Of a stretch of 64,000 nt of DNA, positions 11,501 to 23,500 are shown piece by piece. The notes beneath the pieces are model-generated. The model had not been told where the DNA came from, did no database searches, and saw only the letters and a program-made list of their open reading frames with translations. This DNA comes from a virus, in the IMG/VR virus record IMGVR_UViG_3300008735_000004, positions 6,649 through 70,648 of that record, one strand, 5' to 3'. The stretch's first letter is position 1; every line of letters begins with the position of its first letter. The translations under genes and the position numbers were made by a program.

Positions 11501-14500
11501 GTTGCCTTATCTTTTAATGTTTTCTTTATTTGACTTATTAACATTGACTTTTGTTTATTTTCGGCATCCTGCATTTGTCTTATAACACTGTCATCTATAC
11601 CCGCATCACCAAATACTTTTTCAATAGAAGGTAATTCGAATTTAAAAAGAGTATCCTGTTTAGTTTGAAATAGTTTTATTTTTTCAAAAGCCTCTTTGTC
11701 TATTAAACCAAGTTTACTTATCCGTTGGTTTTGTTTGTACCATTCTAATTCCTTTCCTAATTCTGTATCTTGTTTAATTAATTCATCCAACATACTAGCA
11801 TGTTTAGGATCTGTTACATCTATATTTTTGAAAACTTTATATTTCTTTACATCATGTTCTATGTCAGTTAAGCTATAGGTAGTGTGCAAACTTTTATCAA
11901 ATTCAAATCCATTTTTAAAAGTAAGCGAAGCCGCATAATAAGTTTTTAAAGCATTTTTTATATTTTGATGATGCTTGCCCATTTTTGGCAGTAATTGTCT
12001 AAATAAGTCTTTTCTAAACTGGTCATTTCCTTCGGTAGCATTATACATTAACATTACTTGCCAAATACTAAATGATTTATGTGTGGGAGTTCCATACATA
12101 TCTACAGCTAGCTTTCTTGGTCCTTTTATATCAGATAAAGTCTCAGATAATCCTAATTCCGTAGGCGTTAACCACGCCATAGCTTCTGTGTATACTCCGG
12201 CTGTTAATTTTCCCTGGATGCCTCCTTCTTGAAAGAGACCCTTAGATTTAAAAGTTTCCTCATCTAGTAGGCCTTTCTGTATTGTAGTATATGGATCAAA
12301 TAAAGCTATCTTAGTTTTTTTAACAATCCTGTTCATCTCATTTATAATGAGAGCTTTATCTGTAGCTTGAGTAGACGTACTTGCAGCAAGATCCCCAATT
12401 GCTTTCTCTTGTTGTTTAACTAAAATATCATATAAGGATTTAACTTGTTTTTCTAAAGTATCTTTACTAACTGTTCCTCCCAGTTTCTTGGAATAATCAA
12501 ATAAAGCTTCTGTGTTTATTTCAACAAACATTTTTTTCATAGAAGAGTGATCAACGCCACTAATCTCTAACATCTTAGCAACACCTTTAAATAACTCGTG
12601 ATTGGATGCATTTAGCTCTGAAGTTGATATTACTTCAGGTACATATATTGCTTTTCCAAACTGACTTGCTTGTTCTTTTGCCACTGGTGCTAGTTTTAAT
12701 TTAAACATTGAATCAAATTCCGCGTCGCTAATACTAAAGGATTCTTTAATTAATTTTTTAATTAATTTTTTCTGTTGGTTAGGATTTTTTCCATGAGCTT
12801 GGTAAATAGAATTTAAAGAACGTCTCATATGTATTTCAATCATATTTGTAATATTAGGCTTCTTAGCACCTAATATTGCTCCTATTCCTTTACCATAAGT
12901 AAAACCATGGCCTTCTCCGATACTATTACCCTTGAATAGTTTAGAAGGATCAACTAATTTATTAAAGCCAGACTCTTCTATTGGAGTAATATCGAATAAA
13001 AAAGTACCTTCATTGAAATCAAAAGCTAATTGTTTTACTATAGTATGTTGTTTAATAGGATGGCTGCTGCCATATTTTAATTCTTTTTCTAGTTTATATC
13101 TTTTTCCAGTACTAACGTCCCATACGGCTGCTGCCGTATCATCAACTTTTATTAAGGTGCTTCCTGGTTCTAAAATTGTTGCAGTAGATCCTTTTGTTCC
13201 TTTTTTTCCTACTAGATCTAATTTTAATATTCCGTCTGAGTCCATAGATTTAACAAAATCTTCTAAGGTCATACTGGCGTCTACGGAATCTACTATGGCA
13301 GAGTTTACACCTCTTGCGCGCAGCCATTCTCTCATATTTAACTTACGTGCTCTATAAGGTGGTTTTATTTCCGGACTATTTGCTGTCTTACTGGATTCTA
13401 GCATTTCTTTGGCCACTCTATCAAATACTTTTAATGTTTTACCAGAGCCTCCTAAAGGCATATGTTTAAATCCCTTAGCCATACCTGGAGCGAGCATTGC
13501 TGTATCTTCCCCTACTAAGGAGTTGTTACTGGGTAAATAGTAGGCCATCATCTGTAGTCTAGATTTAAATACTTCTTCATTTCCTCTTTCTAAGGACTGT
13601 CCCATTAACCAGTCTCTTGTGAACGTAGAGCGAAGCTGCGTCATCCACATAGAAAATCCAGTATCTGTATTAGCTATATCACTCAGAGAATGTCTTATAA
13701 TTGGAAAGAGGGATTTAGAAGCGCTAAGGCGGGCACCTCGTATTTCTGCACCTGTTCCAGGTATCAATGCCTTTTGGGATAAAACTTGATATGCTTGTTT
13801 TTGTAAATTAGCTTTATGCCCAAATGGTAAATAATTCTCTGGACCGAAAGCTGCCCCAATTCCTCGACCAGCTAGTCCTGGAGTAAACGCGAACAAATGG
13901 GAACGAAGAAGAGAAGGATCTCCAGCAGTACCCGCTTGGTTTAGTTGAAATAAGTCAGATTGTTCAGCAATTTGTAGGGGATTATACCACGCAAATTTTC
14001 TACCTGCTGTAATTTCTTCTGAAACAGTTCCAACTTGCATAATCTTATCATAGAGATAAGGATTATATTGTCGAATTTTTTCAGTTTTCCAATGCAATAA
14101 ATCATGTAACACTTTATTAGCCCTAGTATCAAATGCTGGATCATGGTGACCTCCTTCTCCAAAAGTTTGTACAACATTTTTCCAATCCTGCTGTACCCAT
14201 CTTTTAATGGAGCCCCTGAGATTAGCAGGGAGATCATCTATCATATGCTTAACGTTTTGGGTTAAACGTCCTCGTGATTTATTAACAGCAACGGATAGAT
14301 TTTTTGCCCAGTTTTTATGATCCATTTTTGGATCATCTACTGCTTCTTGAATTAGGCTTTCAAATAAGCTTGTTAAGTTTAAAGAAGTATGATCGGGGTT
14401 TCCAGTTTGTAATAGCCGTGCCCATGCGTATGTATCAATGATATTACCCTTTGCAATAAGAGTAGCATCAGTAGTATCATATATTAGGCGTTTTATTAAG

Positions 14501-17500
14501 TCATAATCCTTAGTACCTTCCTTCATATCCTTAAATACGCGCCTTGCTGCTTTATTAATTAGTTTTAAATCCGCAGTACCTACATTCTGACCTAACCAAG
14601 TTACTTGCTTGTCTAAAGCATCTGCTCCGTACATATCCTTAGCAAATTTTAACATTGAACTTTTTTCATTATAGAAGTGAGTAGTTTCCATTTTACCAGT
14701 TCTGGGATTGATTGCTTTTTGTGTAGAGATATCTACTCCTTTTTCAAAATCTTTCTGTGCTATAGAGAAACGCTTATCCATCCATTTATACCACTTAGTA
14801 TAACCGTCTTCCGCCGCTTCACCGCCGGGCTGGTGTTTTACCATGAATTCTGCAATATTATCTTTAATCAAAGACCAATTGTCTGGAACAATATAATGAT
14901 TTACTATTTTTTCTGGAGAACCTGATCCTTTGTTTAGTACATAGTTCATCCAATATATACGGGTTCTAGGATCCCTTATCATTTTAGTACTACCTTTTAC
15001 CTCGGTATATGGAGAACTAAACTCTAAGTCAAAAGATGCTAAGGTAGATTCTGTTTTGTTTATACTCATATCAGCTAATAAGGAACGCTTACCTAAGGCA
15101 TGCGATTTGTAGTAATAGCTTGATTTTTTACCAGAAAGAACCGCAAATTCTTCTGAAATAACTTTCATACCTCTTACTCGATCTTGTACGTGCTCAGTAG
15201 CTGTACCCGACAGATCTGTGTATTGACTTAACATTCTACTTATTTGTGTTTTAGCCTGATAAGGATCCCATCCAGAATCTACTAAGTCATTCATTATTTT
15301 ATTAGAACGCTCAAATAATTCATCTAGTTGTGCTAAACCTACACTTGAAGTATTACTTACAGAAGCATCTAAACCGGATCCTAGGATCATATTAGAGTTA
15401 TACAGTTTAGAGAAAGAGCTGGTTGAATATTGACCGAAACGTTCAAGGGATATGGATTGTTTTAATGTACTTTTTCCAGGTATTTTAATTTGTAATTCTG
15501 CGCGTTGATGGGCCATATTTCCGTGAAGATCTGTTTTAATTTCCATAGACACGTCAATACCGTCAATCATGTCCATGTATGCTGAAATATTATCCTCAAA
15601 GCCCACTGATTTAGCTAATATTTTTAATTGTTCAATTGCAGCGGCTCCTTTTGACCCACTTCTTTGAGAATTATTAAATAAAAGTTTTGCATTATTTTTT
15701 ATTTCTTGTACTTTAGTTTCAAAAGCTGTAAGCACTTTAGATAGTTTTTCAGCTTGCCTAGCAGTACCATAAGCGGAATCATGTAATGCTTCTTGTCCTA
15801 CAGATTTAAATATATCTTTATAAAGACGCTGTCTGCCCCTTAGTCTTTTTTCAAAAGACTTTAAATCTCCTATTCGATGTTTATCTGCTTCGGATAGGCC
15901 TGCCGTATAATCTTCTATAGTGGTTTTAAAGAGAGCAGTTAGCTGCTCAGGAGATGAAGTATTACTGGCTTTTATAATAGATCTGCCTTGCGGATTAAAA
16001 TCAGCGCCAGTTATATTTTTATAAAAAGCCTCAGCAGTCCATTTGCTTGTTTTATCATTCATTTTTTGTCCTATCGCAATAGGATCATTTAATCGTGAAT
16101 TTATTATATCTTTGATTCTTTCACTGGTAAATCTTTCTGATGAGAATTCCGAATCTCCCACCTTTTGGGCAAGAAGTATTCTGATTTCCCGTACTGTATC
16201 AAAATAAGAAGGATCATCGATTTTGTTTATAAACTTAATAAACTCTTTATCAGACATTGTTTTTAAATTTAATGATTTTTCTCCTAATTTATGTGTGTAT
16301 CTATTATCTACAAATTCATCAACAAGCTCTACAACTTGTCTTAGAGTTTTCCATTTTTTAACAGCAAAAAGGGGTTCATGCATTTTATTAACTTTATCAT
16401 AATGTTTTCCTGTTTCCATTTGAGCTTGGGCATATTTTTTTGCTATTTCATATGCTTGATCCTTTTTACTTTCAATGTCCTCCATTATATTCTTCTTAAT
16501 ACCTTTTCTTATTGCGTGTCGTCTTGTATCTTTACCTAAGCGTAAATTAGTTAATTCTCCAATACTGGTATCTACTGCTCTTGACATTTGTATTAAGTCA
16601 GAATCTCCGCTTTTTATTAAGTCATCTTTTAAACCTTTTAATGCGTCTATGTGGTCTTGATAAGTATATCTTCCTTTATGTGTGCCTCCTTTTAAATGGT
16701 TTAATAAATATTTTTTTGCAGTATTATTTTTTTGCCAAGTATTCCAAATAGCCCATCGCTGTTTACTAATTTCTGTTAGTTCTCTATTCTGCCTAACTGA
16801 AATTAGTAATCTTATATTTATTTTTTCATCACGTAAAGGATCAATCCATGCGAGTTTTCCTGCATTCTCACCAGTTATCCAACCTATTTGAGTTAGTCCT
16901 CTGTCCTCCATTGCTTCTTGTAAGCCTGTCTTAAAAAATTGTATTCTTTTATTATCTGCTATTAATTGTTCTGCTGCTTCTATTTCTTGTAATTTTTTTA
17001 CAGAAAATAGTCCTTTAGTGTTTACTAAACCATCTACTGCCGTTAAAGCTTCATCATATAATGTATTAATTTTTCCTATGGCATAACTATTATCTCTTAT
17101 TATTTCAGGAAGAATATGTCGATTAAGGTTTCCTTTTTTAAGCTCAGCCGCCTCTCGTAACATATCAGGAATATCCGCTCCTATTTCTTTTCCTGATCCT
17201 TTCTGAACTAGTTTACCTAATGTGCTTTCTTCTTGTACTTCAATGGCGTGCTGTATGGCTCGTCCGCCAGACATTGAATCAAATATTGGATTATTTCTAG
17301 CCTCAGCATAGAGGTTTTTTAAAGATTCAATAAAAGCATCTTTAAAACCTATGGCTGTTCCTCGTTTTATCCACTGATGCTGAGCTTCTACAATACCCAG
17401 AATAGAGGGTAAAGCAACAAAGGCAGATAAGCTTTTAGCCTTCCGTTTAGTATTCTTTTTTGTAGGAGAAAATAAAGGTTCTGGTTTTATGTCTTTAATT

Positions 17501-17508
17501 CGTGCCAT
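8524..17508 (-). CDS. Putative virion single-chain two-barrel RNA polymerase with embedded DEDDh exonuclease (2994 aa)
   Basis: Beta'-like motifs: RQP (aa 2308) and MGGDYDGD (D2358-D2362). Beta-like motifs: GEDTAML (E1334/D1335) and NKLV...FKG (K1517/K1526). Exonuclease motifs: FDLEF (D827/E829), GQNVGTADL, IIDT, HDPAFD (H1122/D1127). Confidence 0.75.
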   Translation of the reverse strand: MARIKDIKPEPLFSPTKKNTKRKAKSLSAFVALPSILGIVEAQHQWIKRGTAIGFKDAFIESLKNLYAEARNNPIFDSMSGGRAIQHAIEVQEESTLGKLVQKGSGKEIGADIPDMLREAAELKKGNLNRHILPEIIRDNSYAIGKINTLYDEALTAVDGLVNTKGLFSVKKLQEIEAAEQLIADNKRIQFFKTGLQEAMEDRGLTQIGWITGENAGKLAWIDPLRDEKINIRLLISVRQNRELTEISKQRWAIWNTWQKNNTAKKYLLNHLKGGTHKGRYTYQDHIDALKGLKDDLIKSGDSDLIQMSRAVDTSIGELTNLRLGKDTRRHAIRKGIKKNIMEDIESKKDQAYEIAKKYAQAQMETGKHYDKVNKMHEPLFAVKKWKTLRQVVELVDEFVDNRYTHKLGEKSLNLKTMSDKEFIKFINKIDDPSYFDTVREIRILLAQKVGDSEFSSERFTSERIKDIINSRLNDPIAIGQKMNDKTSKWTAEAFYKNITGADFNPQGRSIIKASNTSSPEQLTALFKTTIEDYTAGLSEADKHRIGDLKSFEKRLRGRQRLYKDIFKSVGQEALHDSAYGTARQAEKLSKVLTAFETKVQEIKNNAKLLFNNSQRSGSKGAAAIEQLKILAKSVGFEDNISAYMDMIDGIDVSMEIKTDLHGNMAHQRAELQIKIPGKSTLKQSISLERFGQYSTSSFSKLYNSNMILGSGLDASVSNTSSVGLAQLDELFERSNKIMNDLVDSGWDPYQAKTQISRMLSQYTDLSGTATEHVQDRVRGMKVISEEFAVLSGKKSSYYYKSHALGKRSLLADMSINKTESTLASFDLEFSSPYTEVKGSTKMIRDPRTRIYWMNYVLNKGSGSPEKIVNHYIVPDNWSLIKDNIAEFMVKHQPGGEAAEDGYTKWYKWMDKRFSIAQKDFEKGVDISTQKAINPRTGKMETTHFYNEKSSMLKFAKDMYGADALDKQVTWLGQNVGTADLKLINKAARRVFKDMKEGTKDYDLIKRLIYDTTDATLIAKGNIIDTYAWARLLQTGNPDHTSLNLTSLFESLIQEAVDDPKMDHKNWAKNLSVAVNKSRGRLTQNVKHMIDDLPANLRGSIKRWVQQDWKNVVQTFGEGGHHDPAFDTRANKVLHDLLHWKTEKIRQYNPYLYDKIMQVGTVSEEITAGRKFAWYNPLQIAEQSDLFQLNQAGTAGDPSLLRSHLFAFTPGLAGRGIGAAFGPENYLPFGHKANLQKQAYQVLSQKALIPGTGAEIRGARLSASKSLFPIIRHSLSDIANTDTGFSMWMTQLRSTFTRDWLMGQSLERGNEEVFKSRLQMMAYYLPSNNSLVGEDTAMLAPGMAKGFKHMPLGGSGKTLKVFDRVAKEMLESSKTANSPEIKPPYRARKLNMREWLRARGVNSAIVDSVDASMTLEDFVKSMDSDGILKLDLVGKKGTKGSTATILEPGSTLIKVDDTAAAVWDVSTGKRYKLEKELKYGSSHPIKQHTIVKQLAFDFNEGTFLFDITPIEESGFNKLVDPSKLFKGNSIGEGHGFTYGKGIGAILGAKKPNITNMIEIHMRRSLNSIYQAHGKNPNQQKKLIKKLIKESFSISDAEFDSMFKLKLAPVAKEQASQFGKAIYVPEVISTSELNASNHELFKGVAKMLEISGVDHSSMKKMFVEINTEALFDYSKKLGGTVSKDTLEKQVKSLYDILVKQQEKAIGDLAASTSTQATDKALIINEMNRIVKKTKIALFDPYTTIQKGLLDEETFKSKGLFQEGGIQGKLTAGVYTEAMAWLTPTELGLSETLSDIKGPRKLAVDMYGTPTHKSFSIWQVMLMYNATEGNDQFRKDLFRQLLPKMGKHHQNIKNALKTYYAASLTFKNGFEFDKSLHTTYSLTDIEHDVKKYKVFKNIDVTDPKHASMLDELIKQDTELGKELEWYKQNQRISKLGLIDKEAFEKIKLFQTKQDTLFKFELPSIEKVFGDAGIDDSVIRQMQDAENKQKSMLISQIKKTLKDKATDPAERQMLEVYLKQMPGFADDVTGPLDGILVPFVRADAPQLLDNKYVMGTQSSRTLQIADAISVYSEDLVRIAKDIKNGGAKNLGTIKSSIENAMARIGAPLSSLVYEGINIHSWKANQFYAAGSQYGKAVNSIVLAKNIMGALANDASDLAGKTLSKFEGSNSIVEALEAIKKRSGKGQKAVLDKMIQATRDIKMDDVLEGIMNKPKSRPKDAIGNLLRSIDGHSFYNARGTGLNERIMPTGQFSNSLKVMAESADEDLMNIVRRLTDTTHEATEASRNTTKSAVDRWIEMLTGKRRVIDELARQPMFENKGIMNHSVAYLWHDELFKKIGMKTAEIDKIVTVNQLELALMGGDYDGDLVQRMLETSSLGVDEDMMLKDLQKLKASGELNKSKLNQLTELEELKNSGNKADLLEFKNRAKGIWKVEQQKGIQKEVTRIRENISWMAMKEGRGSLLHSGTDYGKIIQDPDLASRWLLGEMGEDEFQRLTNSQLEGFVNTVTTDEAATGMRNRGLLYMIQQTLVGPVGKQQERWDVLFGGGKSSGMKTSVIDRLGSIATGKGKLESASNTIDFLSDVSAEFSAKEAIITGVDGQTTYNYDYIRKHARKLHTELETGWEKLNKNANLSYYVADGIDPVTGEKIVGKWVKSKMTGLDYMNKFLSNYTHHVPIEKQKAATSSVLASFQQAYEARTKFHYGFFNQQGKGTFGQALKMLWGGMSAEDANAKNLLLDVESDYIEGHANKIRAAAELEKQRKLFFEMGEIAGRIQGAAARMEANQLIYGNITSFLVGRGPKAGVYGALQDAFSQGSRAWIGHAFEGSISSADAMSISTADDMAKYVVSRAFTDEAVSSRTVIEQTSKFLGDMLHGVAQGKWAKRAGVAALAMMILDPNTNSILLPDQRADGERYDIPSLQELGKTYRNRLTRFRESSPVLLDKMAKLAGLPAFSGAPGYENKHMPPPPPGMVNYTRVQHRKDALSLQQMAKQVNGILLR

Positions 17509-20500
17509 AATAATCTTCTATTATATTTTTTGCAGACGTTCGTTTGACATTTAAAGTTATTTCAACTTCTGTTGAAAGTGACGGCATACTGCTTACACTT
17601 ACATTAGCTCCATTATATCCCATTCTTGTTAATACTTTTTGTATAGCATCCCTAATTTCTGGACCACTCATATCAGTTCTTAACTGAGGAGTACTTCCCT
17701 CTGCATTGATGTTGAGAGGTTGTATATCAAAGTGGCTACTTTTTATTCTATTTAATTGTTGTCTCCATCCCATTCCAAAGTCATGAGCATTCATTCCGTA
17801 ATCTTCTACGGTAACCATCTGGATATCTTCTTGTTCTACCGTAGGATCCATTACAGGATTTAAAGCAGAGGGCATTCTCTTGTTAGAAAAATAACTGTCT
17901 AAAGTGGGCAGATTAACATCTTCACCCCGTCCCCACATCATTTTTAACATATCTCCCATTTGAGAATCTACCCTTCTTAGAACTTTTTCCTGCTCATCTG
18001 CTTCAGTAGTTTCTACTAGTGCTGACCAGAAGGGCCTATCCCATGAAGGTAGAGCGGAGTATCCCTTATAAAAAGCTGTATTATACAAACGGGCAGTACG
18101 TTCATCAGAGCCCTGCCAAGGAGAACCAAATCCTCTATCAGACCCAACTCCATAAAAAGCTGGGTTATTGGTTCTTCTTAATGCTGAGTTTTGTGCAGAA
18201 GCCTCTGCTTCTATTTTAGCTTGACTTTGTTGCATATAATCCAACCAACCGTGCTGAGTTTTTTGCATTTGTTTACGATATTGCTCATCCTGTGTAGCTC
18301 TATACATTTGCATCGCTCTGGAATATTCTAATTTATCAAAATATTCTTGCATTTCTACGCGTTCTTGGAAGCTGCCGGGTCGATATTCGGAATCTGACAT
18401 AGCTCGATGTAGTCCGTGTGCTCCCCCATAAACAGCACCTATAACAGTACCAGCGACTGCTCCGGGTAGTCCCCCCAACAAAGCACCTCCCGTACCAAAA
18501 CTTAGCGCTCCTTGTAGGGGATCAGAAGCTGCTGCTAAACCCCGTCCCCATGGTTTAACAAAACTTTCTACTGGAGTAGTCCAACTTGCAAAATCTCCGC
18601 GGATCATCATATCTTCATATTTTTCCATCGGAGAATAGGCACCAATTAATTTAGTATGAATAGGACTCCTTTTATGAGTTAAAGTTTCCCAGGCAGATCC
18701 GGCGATTCTTTCTACTAAATTGTATTGATCAGCGGGTAAAATAAAGGGGTTAAGAGATAAATCATCAGGATATTCATCATCTGGATTTAATAATTCAGAT
18801 ACTTGAAATCTACGAGGATACATTTCATATTTACGTAAAATAGTTTTATGCTGTTTTTGTAGAATACTAAATTCTTCTTCTTCTTGCGGCGTTACATAAC
18901 CATCAGCAACTTGTTCTTCTAATAATTGAGATGTTTCTCTATACTCTTTCGAGTAAGGAGCAGCATTCATCAAGACACGTAAACGGTCTATATAGGAATA
19001 AGCTTCATTAGCATATCCATAACCTTGTTGTAAATACTCCTGCGCTAAGTGCCTAGCTTCATGCAGGTTCGCCTTAGTTCGTGACCATAAATCTGGGTCA
19101 AATCTTACTGCGAATTCTTTTGTTTGTGTTGGATCTTCCCTGGATACGTATAAAAATTTACCTTGACTAACGCCCATAGTTGCCATATAACTATTTAACT
19201 GTACTCTGTGTTTCCATTTAGGTTGTTCTAAATTAGCAAAGCCTTTGCCTCCTATCGATTTAATTTCTAATGGAAGCTCCTGTTGAGTACGAAGATCTCT
19301 ATACATTACATCAACATACGATCTTATGTTTTCAGCCGGGTCTGAAATTAATGCCTCTACGCGGGATGCTGCCCCTGTTGACATAAGTTGGTTTTGTACC
19401 ATTGCATGAATAGCACTACCTTCTTCTAATATCTCTTCTTGATCTAAAGTCATATGCCCTAATCCAATCATACTCATAGCCTGTTCATAGGGATTATAAC
19501 CTAAACGAGACATACCAACAGGAAAATCCAATTCGGGATTAAAGAAATTCTCATAGGCATCTCCCGGTAATAGAAGTTCTCCGTGTGCGATTTTACTATT
19601 ATGTACAGCAGCACCAGGAAGGGAGTAAGTACCAGGTTCTCCCATATCAATAGTATATACTAGACCTTTGTAATGCTCTTTTTCAATAGAAGCTATTTCT
19701 AGCATTGCAATGGGAGCATGTTTTATTGTTTCAAACGCTCCATCAAAAGTTGTCTGCATTTCTGTTTTAGATTTTATATCTAATAAACCCATTTCATAAG
19801 CAAGTTCTGCCGCATCGTTTCCACTAATATATAGAGCGGTTTCATCTATTTTTGAAGCAATTCTGTGTTGTAATAAAGAGCTCCAAATTACATATGCTGC
19901 ATTTTTACTATGGAATCTAAAAACAATTTTATCTTTATCCGTTTCAGATTGAACAATAAATGCTTTAATATAGTTTAAAAGAATATATAAGTCTGAGGTA
20001 CGTAAATGGGGTGGAACTCCTGTGTACTGCAGGTACTTTATAGTTTCAAATAATTTAACATGCTCAGCATAATATGTTTTTATTTCTTGTTGAATTTCTA
20101 CAGGAGTTTCTTTTCTAAACTTCAAAGAATTATTAGAAGGAATAATCCAGCGTGTCATTAGTCCTAATATATAACTATTTAGACCGGTGAGCTTTACTTG
20201 CTCTTTTTCTGAAACTTCAAAGACAGCAGGTAGTTCAATATCTAGTAAAGGATAAGATGTTTTATCGGTTACAGCTAAATCTTTTGCAAATTTCCAATCT
20301 CCATCTATGTAAAATGGATGTCCTCCAGTTGTTTTTAATGGAAAGTCTTCTAAACCTTTAATTGTTATTTTATAAATTTCTTCGTCAACAGGCCTTGTAC
20401 TAAGTTTGTTTACAGGATGATAATGCCCATTAAGAGTTCTGAGTAACATTGTTTCTTCAACTTGGTCTGCTCTTATTAAACCTTCATTAGTTTCTACCAG

Positions 20501-23500
20501 GGTTTCTGGGTGTAAACAATAAGGATCACCTGTTTGCATTGTTTCAGGCATCCAACCCGGCATATCGTTTCGAAGAGGATTTACTTTTTCATAACTAGTT
20601 CTTGGCCTAGGAATAGCACGACGTAATAGCTCTGTTGTTCCAACCAAATCACCTATGTTTGCATCCCAGTAGGAACGAGTTAAGGAATCCATAGCGTTAG
20701 CGCTCTCTGCTACTGGTATATGAGTAAAAGGTTCATCTCCTCCCCAAAGAGCTGCAGAGGTTATAAAACCAGGTAAACCAAGTGGTTCAATCCATCCTTT
20801 GTATACTTGCTCACCTATTAGAGGTTTAAGACTATGTGGGGACATAATAGCAGAGGTATTAGTAGCATTTCCAGGTAAATTATTTTGCTCATTATATGCT
20901 CCTAGAAATCCTCCGTACTGCGGTCCGTATGTTCCCAGTGACTCCCCTCTCCAGTTAGTAGAAGTACCCTTCATATATTGACGCATTGCGCGATCTTCTT
21001 GCATTGGTCCAACTTCTCCAAGAGGATGTATAAAATTATAAAGTTGACCAACTGTAGAGCTTAGTAATGGTCCAGCAACTGGTACTTCGGCAAATGGAGT
21101 TGACGCCACGGGATAAGGTCTATCCGTCATATGTTTGTATTCTAAGTAATGGGGGTCAACTAAATCCATTAAAGAGAAATCAACAAAAGGAACATCTTTT
21201 GCTAAAAATTGTTCAAGTTTAGACCCATAGAGGGTAGGACTAGCTTTATACTGGGACTTTAATCTAGGATACCAACCAGGTTCGTAGCGTTCTACTCTTC
21301 CGCCTGCAATAGGAGTGATACCCAAAGTCCAGCCTCGTCCTTTTCTAACGGGCAACATTCTCTGTCCTTCATATACATCTTGAATTTCGTCAAATCCCAT
21401 AGTAGGATCAGTTACAAAAAAGTTAGCGCCGGGTACGGCTGCTAGAAAACTTAAGGGCCCCTCTTCTAATTGAGGCTGTAAATATGCATTTGCTAATCCT
21501 CCAATTACTGCGCCCTTTACGCCGCCCATAGCAAAACCCATAGCGGCCCCTGGAGCTACTTTAGTAAAACCAGGCATCATGCCTTCAAAATATCTAGAAA
21601 CATTATCAATACCCATTTTGTCATAAGCCCATCCAGCGGCTAATCTTGCCTTAACTGCTTGATCGGCTAAGCCCACCGTTAATCCTTCATCAAACATAGT
21701 CCAATCGAAGAGGCCAGATGTATCCACAAAAGTATCTAATGCACTATAACCGAGGGTTGCTCCTGCAAAGGCACCTAATCGTTTTCCCCATAATTTTGTT
21801 ACATCTCCTCCAGTATTATATCTAGAGGAATCCCAACCTAATCCTGAAAAACTAATAAGTTTATTTACAGTTGATCCTGCCCATCCAAAGGCTAATCCTG
21901 CTTGAGATTTAAAGTCCCCTGGGTATAAAACAAAAGGATTAGCATTTCGTACGGCTCCCGCAGTTGCTGTTAGATCATCAATACTAAAGGATGTGTTACG
22001 GGCCCAGGTATTGTCGAACATACCAAGTTGTCCAGTGAATTCATCTAAAACCGAGCCAGGACCTGAAACAGAGTTCTTCTTAATTAACTGTTTTCTTACT
22101 GTATCTAGAAAATGAGTATCAGGATCTATGAGTTTTTCAAAAGCTTTTTGTAATTCTTTACTTCCAGCAGCCGCAACAGCTTCATCATCCAGCATAGGCC
22201 CATCGACTGCTTTACGCATAGAGTAACGAAGTTTATCATAAAACATTCCAAATTCTGCTTTTGCTATTTCATTAGGAGATACTTTTGCTTTAGAGGCTTC
22301 TGATTTAAGCCTACTAGTTAAAATATTAAAAATATCATCTCCAGTGCCGGTTAAGCTTTGCGTTTCTGAATGATACACAGCGTATTCATAAATAAATCTT
22401 TTTACTTTCTGTAAAGGCTCTTCTCCATAACCGAATCCTCCACGTCCTTCAACTCCTCGTCCACCCACTTTCATAGACTTAATTATATTTTTAACAGCTT
22501 TATCTTCTCCAAATACTTTAATATCTGCTGCATCCTGTTTAAGCATTAATTGAGATGCAATATCTAATATACTGTCAGATTCATTAATTGCTTTTCTTCC
22601 ACTTATTTTATTAATAGCTCTTTGTCTTGATAGAAAGTCAATTACATTTGACATATATTCATCTTTAACTAGGGTATCATCAAAACTTTCTTTTGCCATC
22701 TTAGAACCTAAAGAACGCACTCTGGAAAACATATGAAGTACTTGTTCTTTTTCTTCGTTTGCCATTCCTTCTAAGTTTCTTATATCCATTCCTGCTACTT
22801 TTGCTAATTGTTGCATGGTGGTTTTTGCCCTATGATGGCTATATGGAATTTTATCCCCAGGACTAAGCATTTTATTCCAGGAATCAGGTAAGAACATTCT
22901 AGCTCTATTAAATAAACTAGGAGATTCTCCTTTGTTATCAAAGAGGCTCAAATGTTTCTGCATCCAACCTACTATAGGATTAGGGCTATACTGACCAGCA
23001 TCGCCTGTCATTTTCCTAATATCGGCAGTTCTTATTTGTCCTTTTATAAAAACATTAGCTAACTTTGGAGAATCTGTTATTAGCCCTGCTTTTAAGTTTT
23101 TTCCTATTACATTCCAGCCTCCGGTCTTATCTGGATCAAAATCTAATAAATTATAAGACTTATCTCCGGCTTTTCGGACTACTAATCCAGGTGTACCTTT
23201 TTTAAATGTGTGAATATTTTTATGAGAAACTGATCCTACGCTTCCGTCCATAAGACCTTGTTGAAATGGTCGCGGTACTCCATCGCCTCCTACCTGTGAT
23301 GAAGGATGAAGCGCTGTCATTTCATCCATAGTCATTACTCGATGCATCTCTTTAGAGGAAAATACTTTAAAGGGGAATAAATCAGCAATAGAGGCCTTAT
23401 TTCCTAATACCATTAACTTAGAGTGTAGCATTTTATCTGTCCAATATTTAGGACCCATTGGAGCAATATCTACTATTTTACCAGAAGCCTCATGGAAGAA

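Noticed and set aside
19100-19430. Cas4-like domain as evidence of a CRISPR-Cas system
   Set aside because: No array or other cas genes were seen, and the domain lacks the Cas4 Fe-S cysteines.
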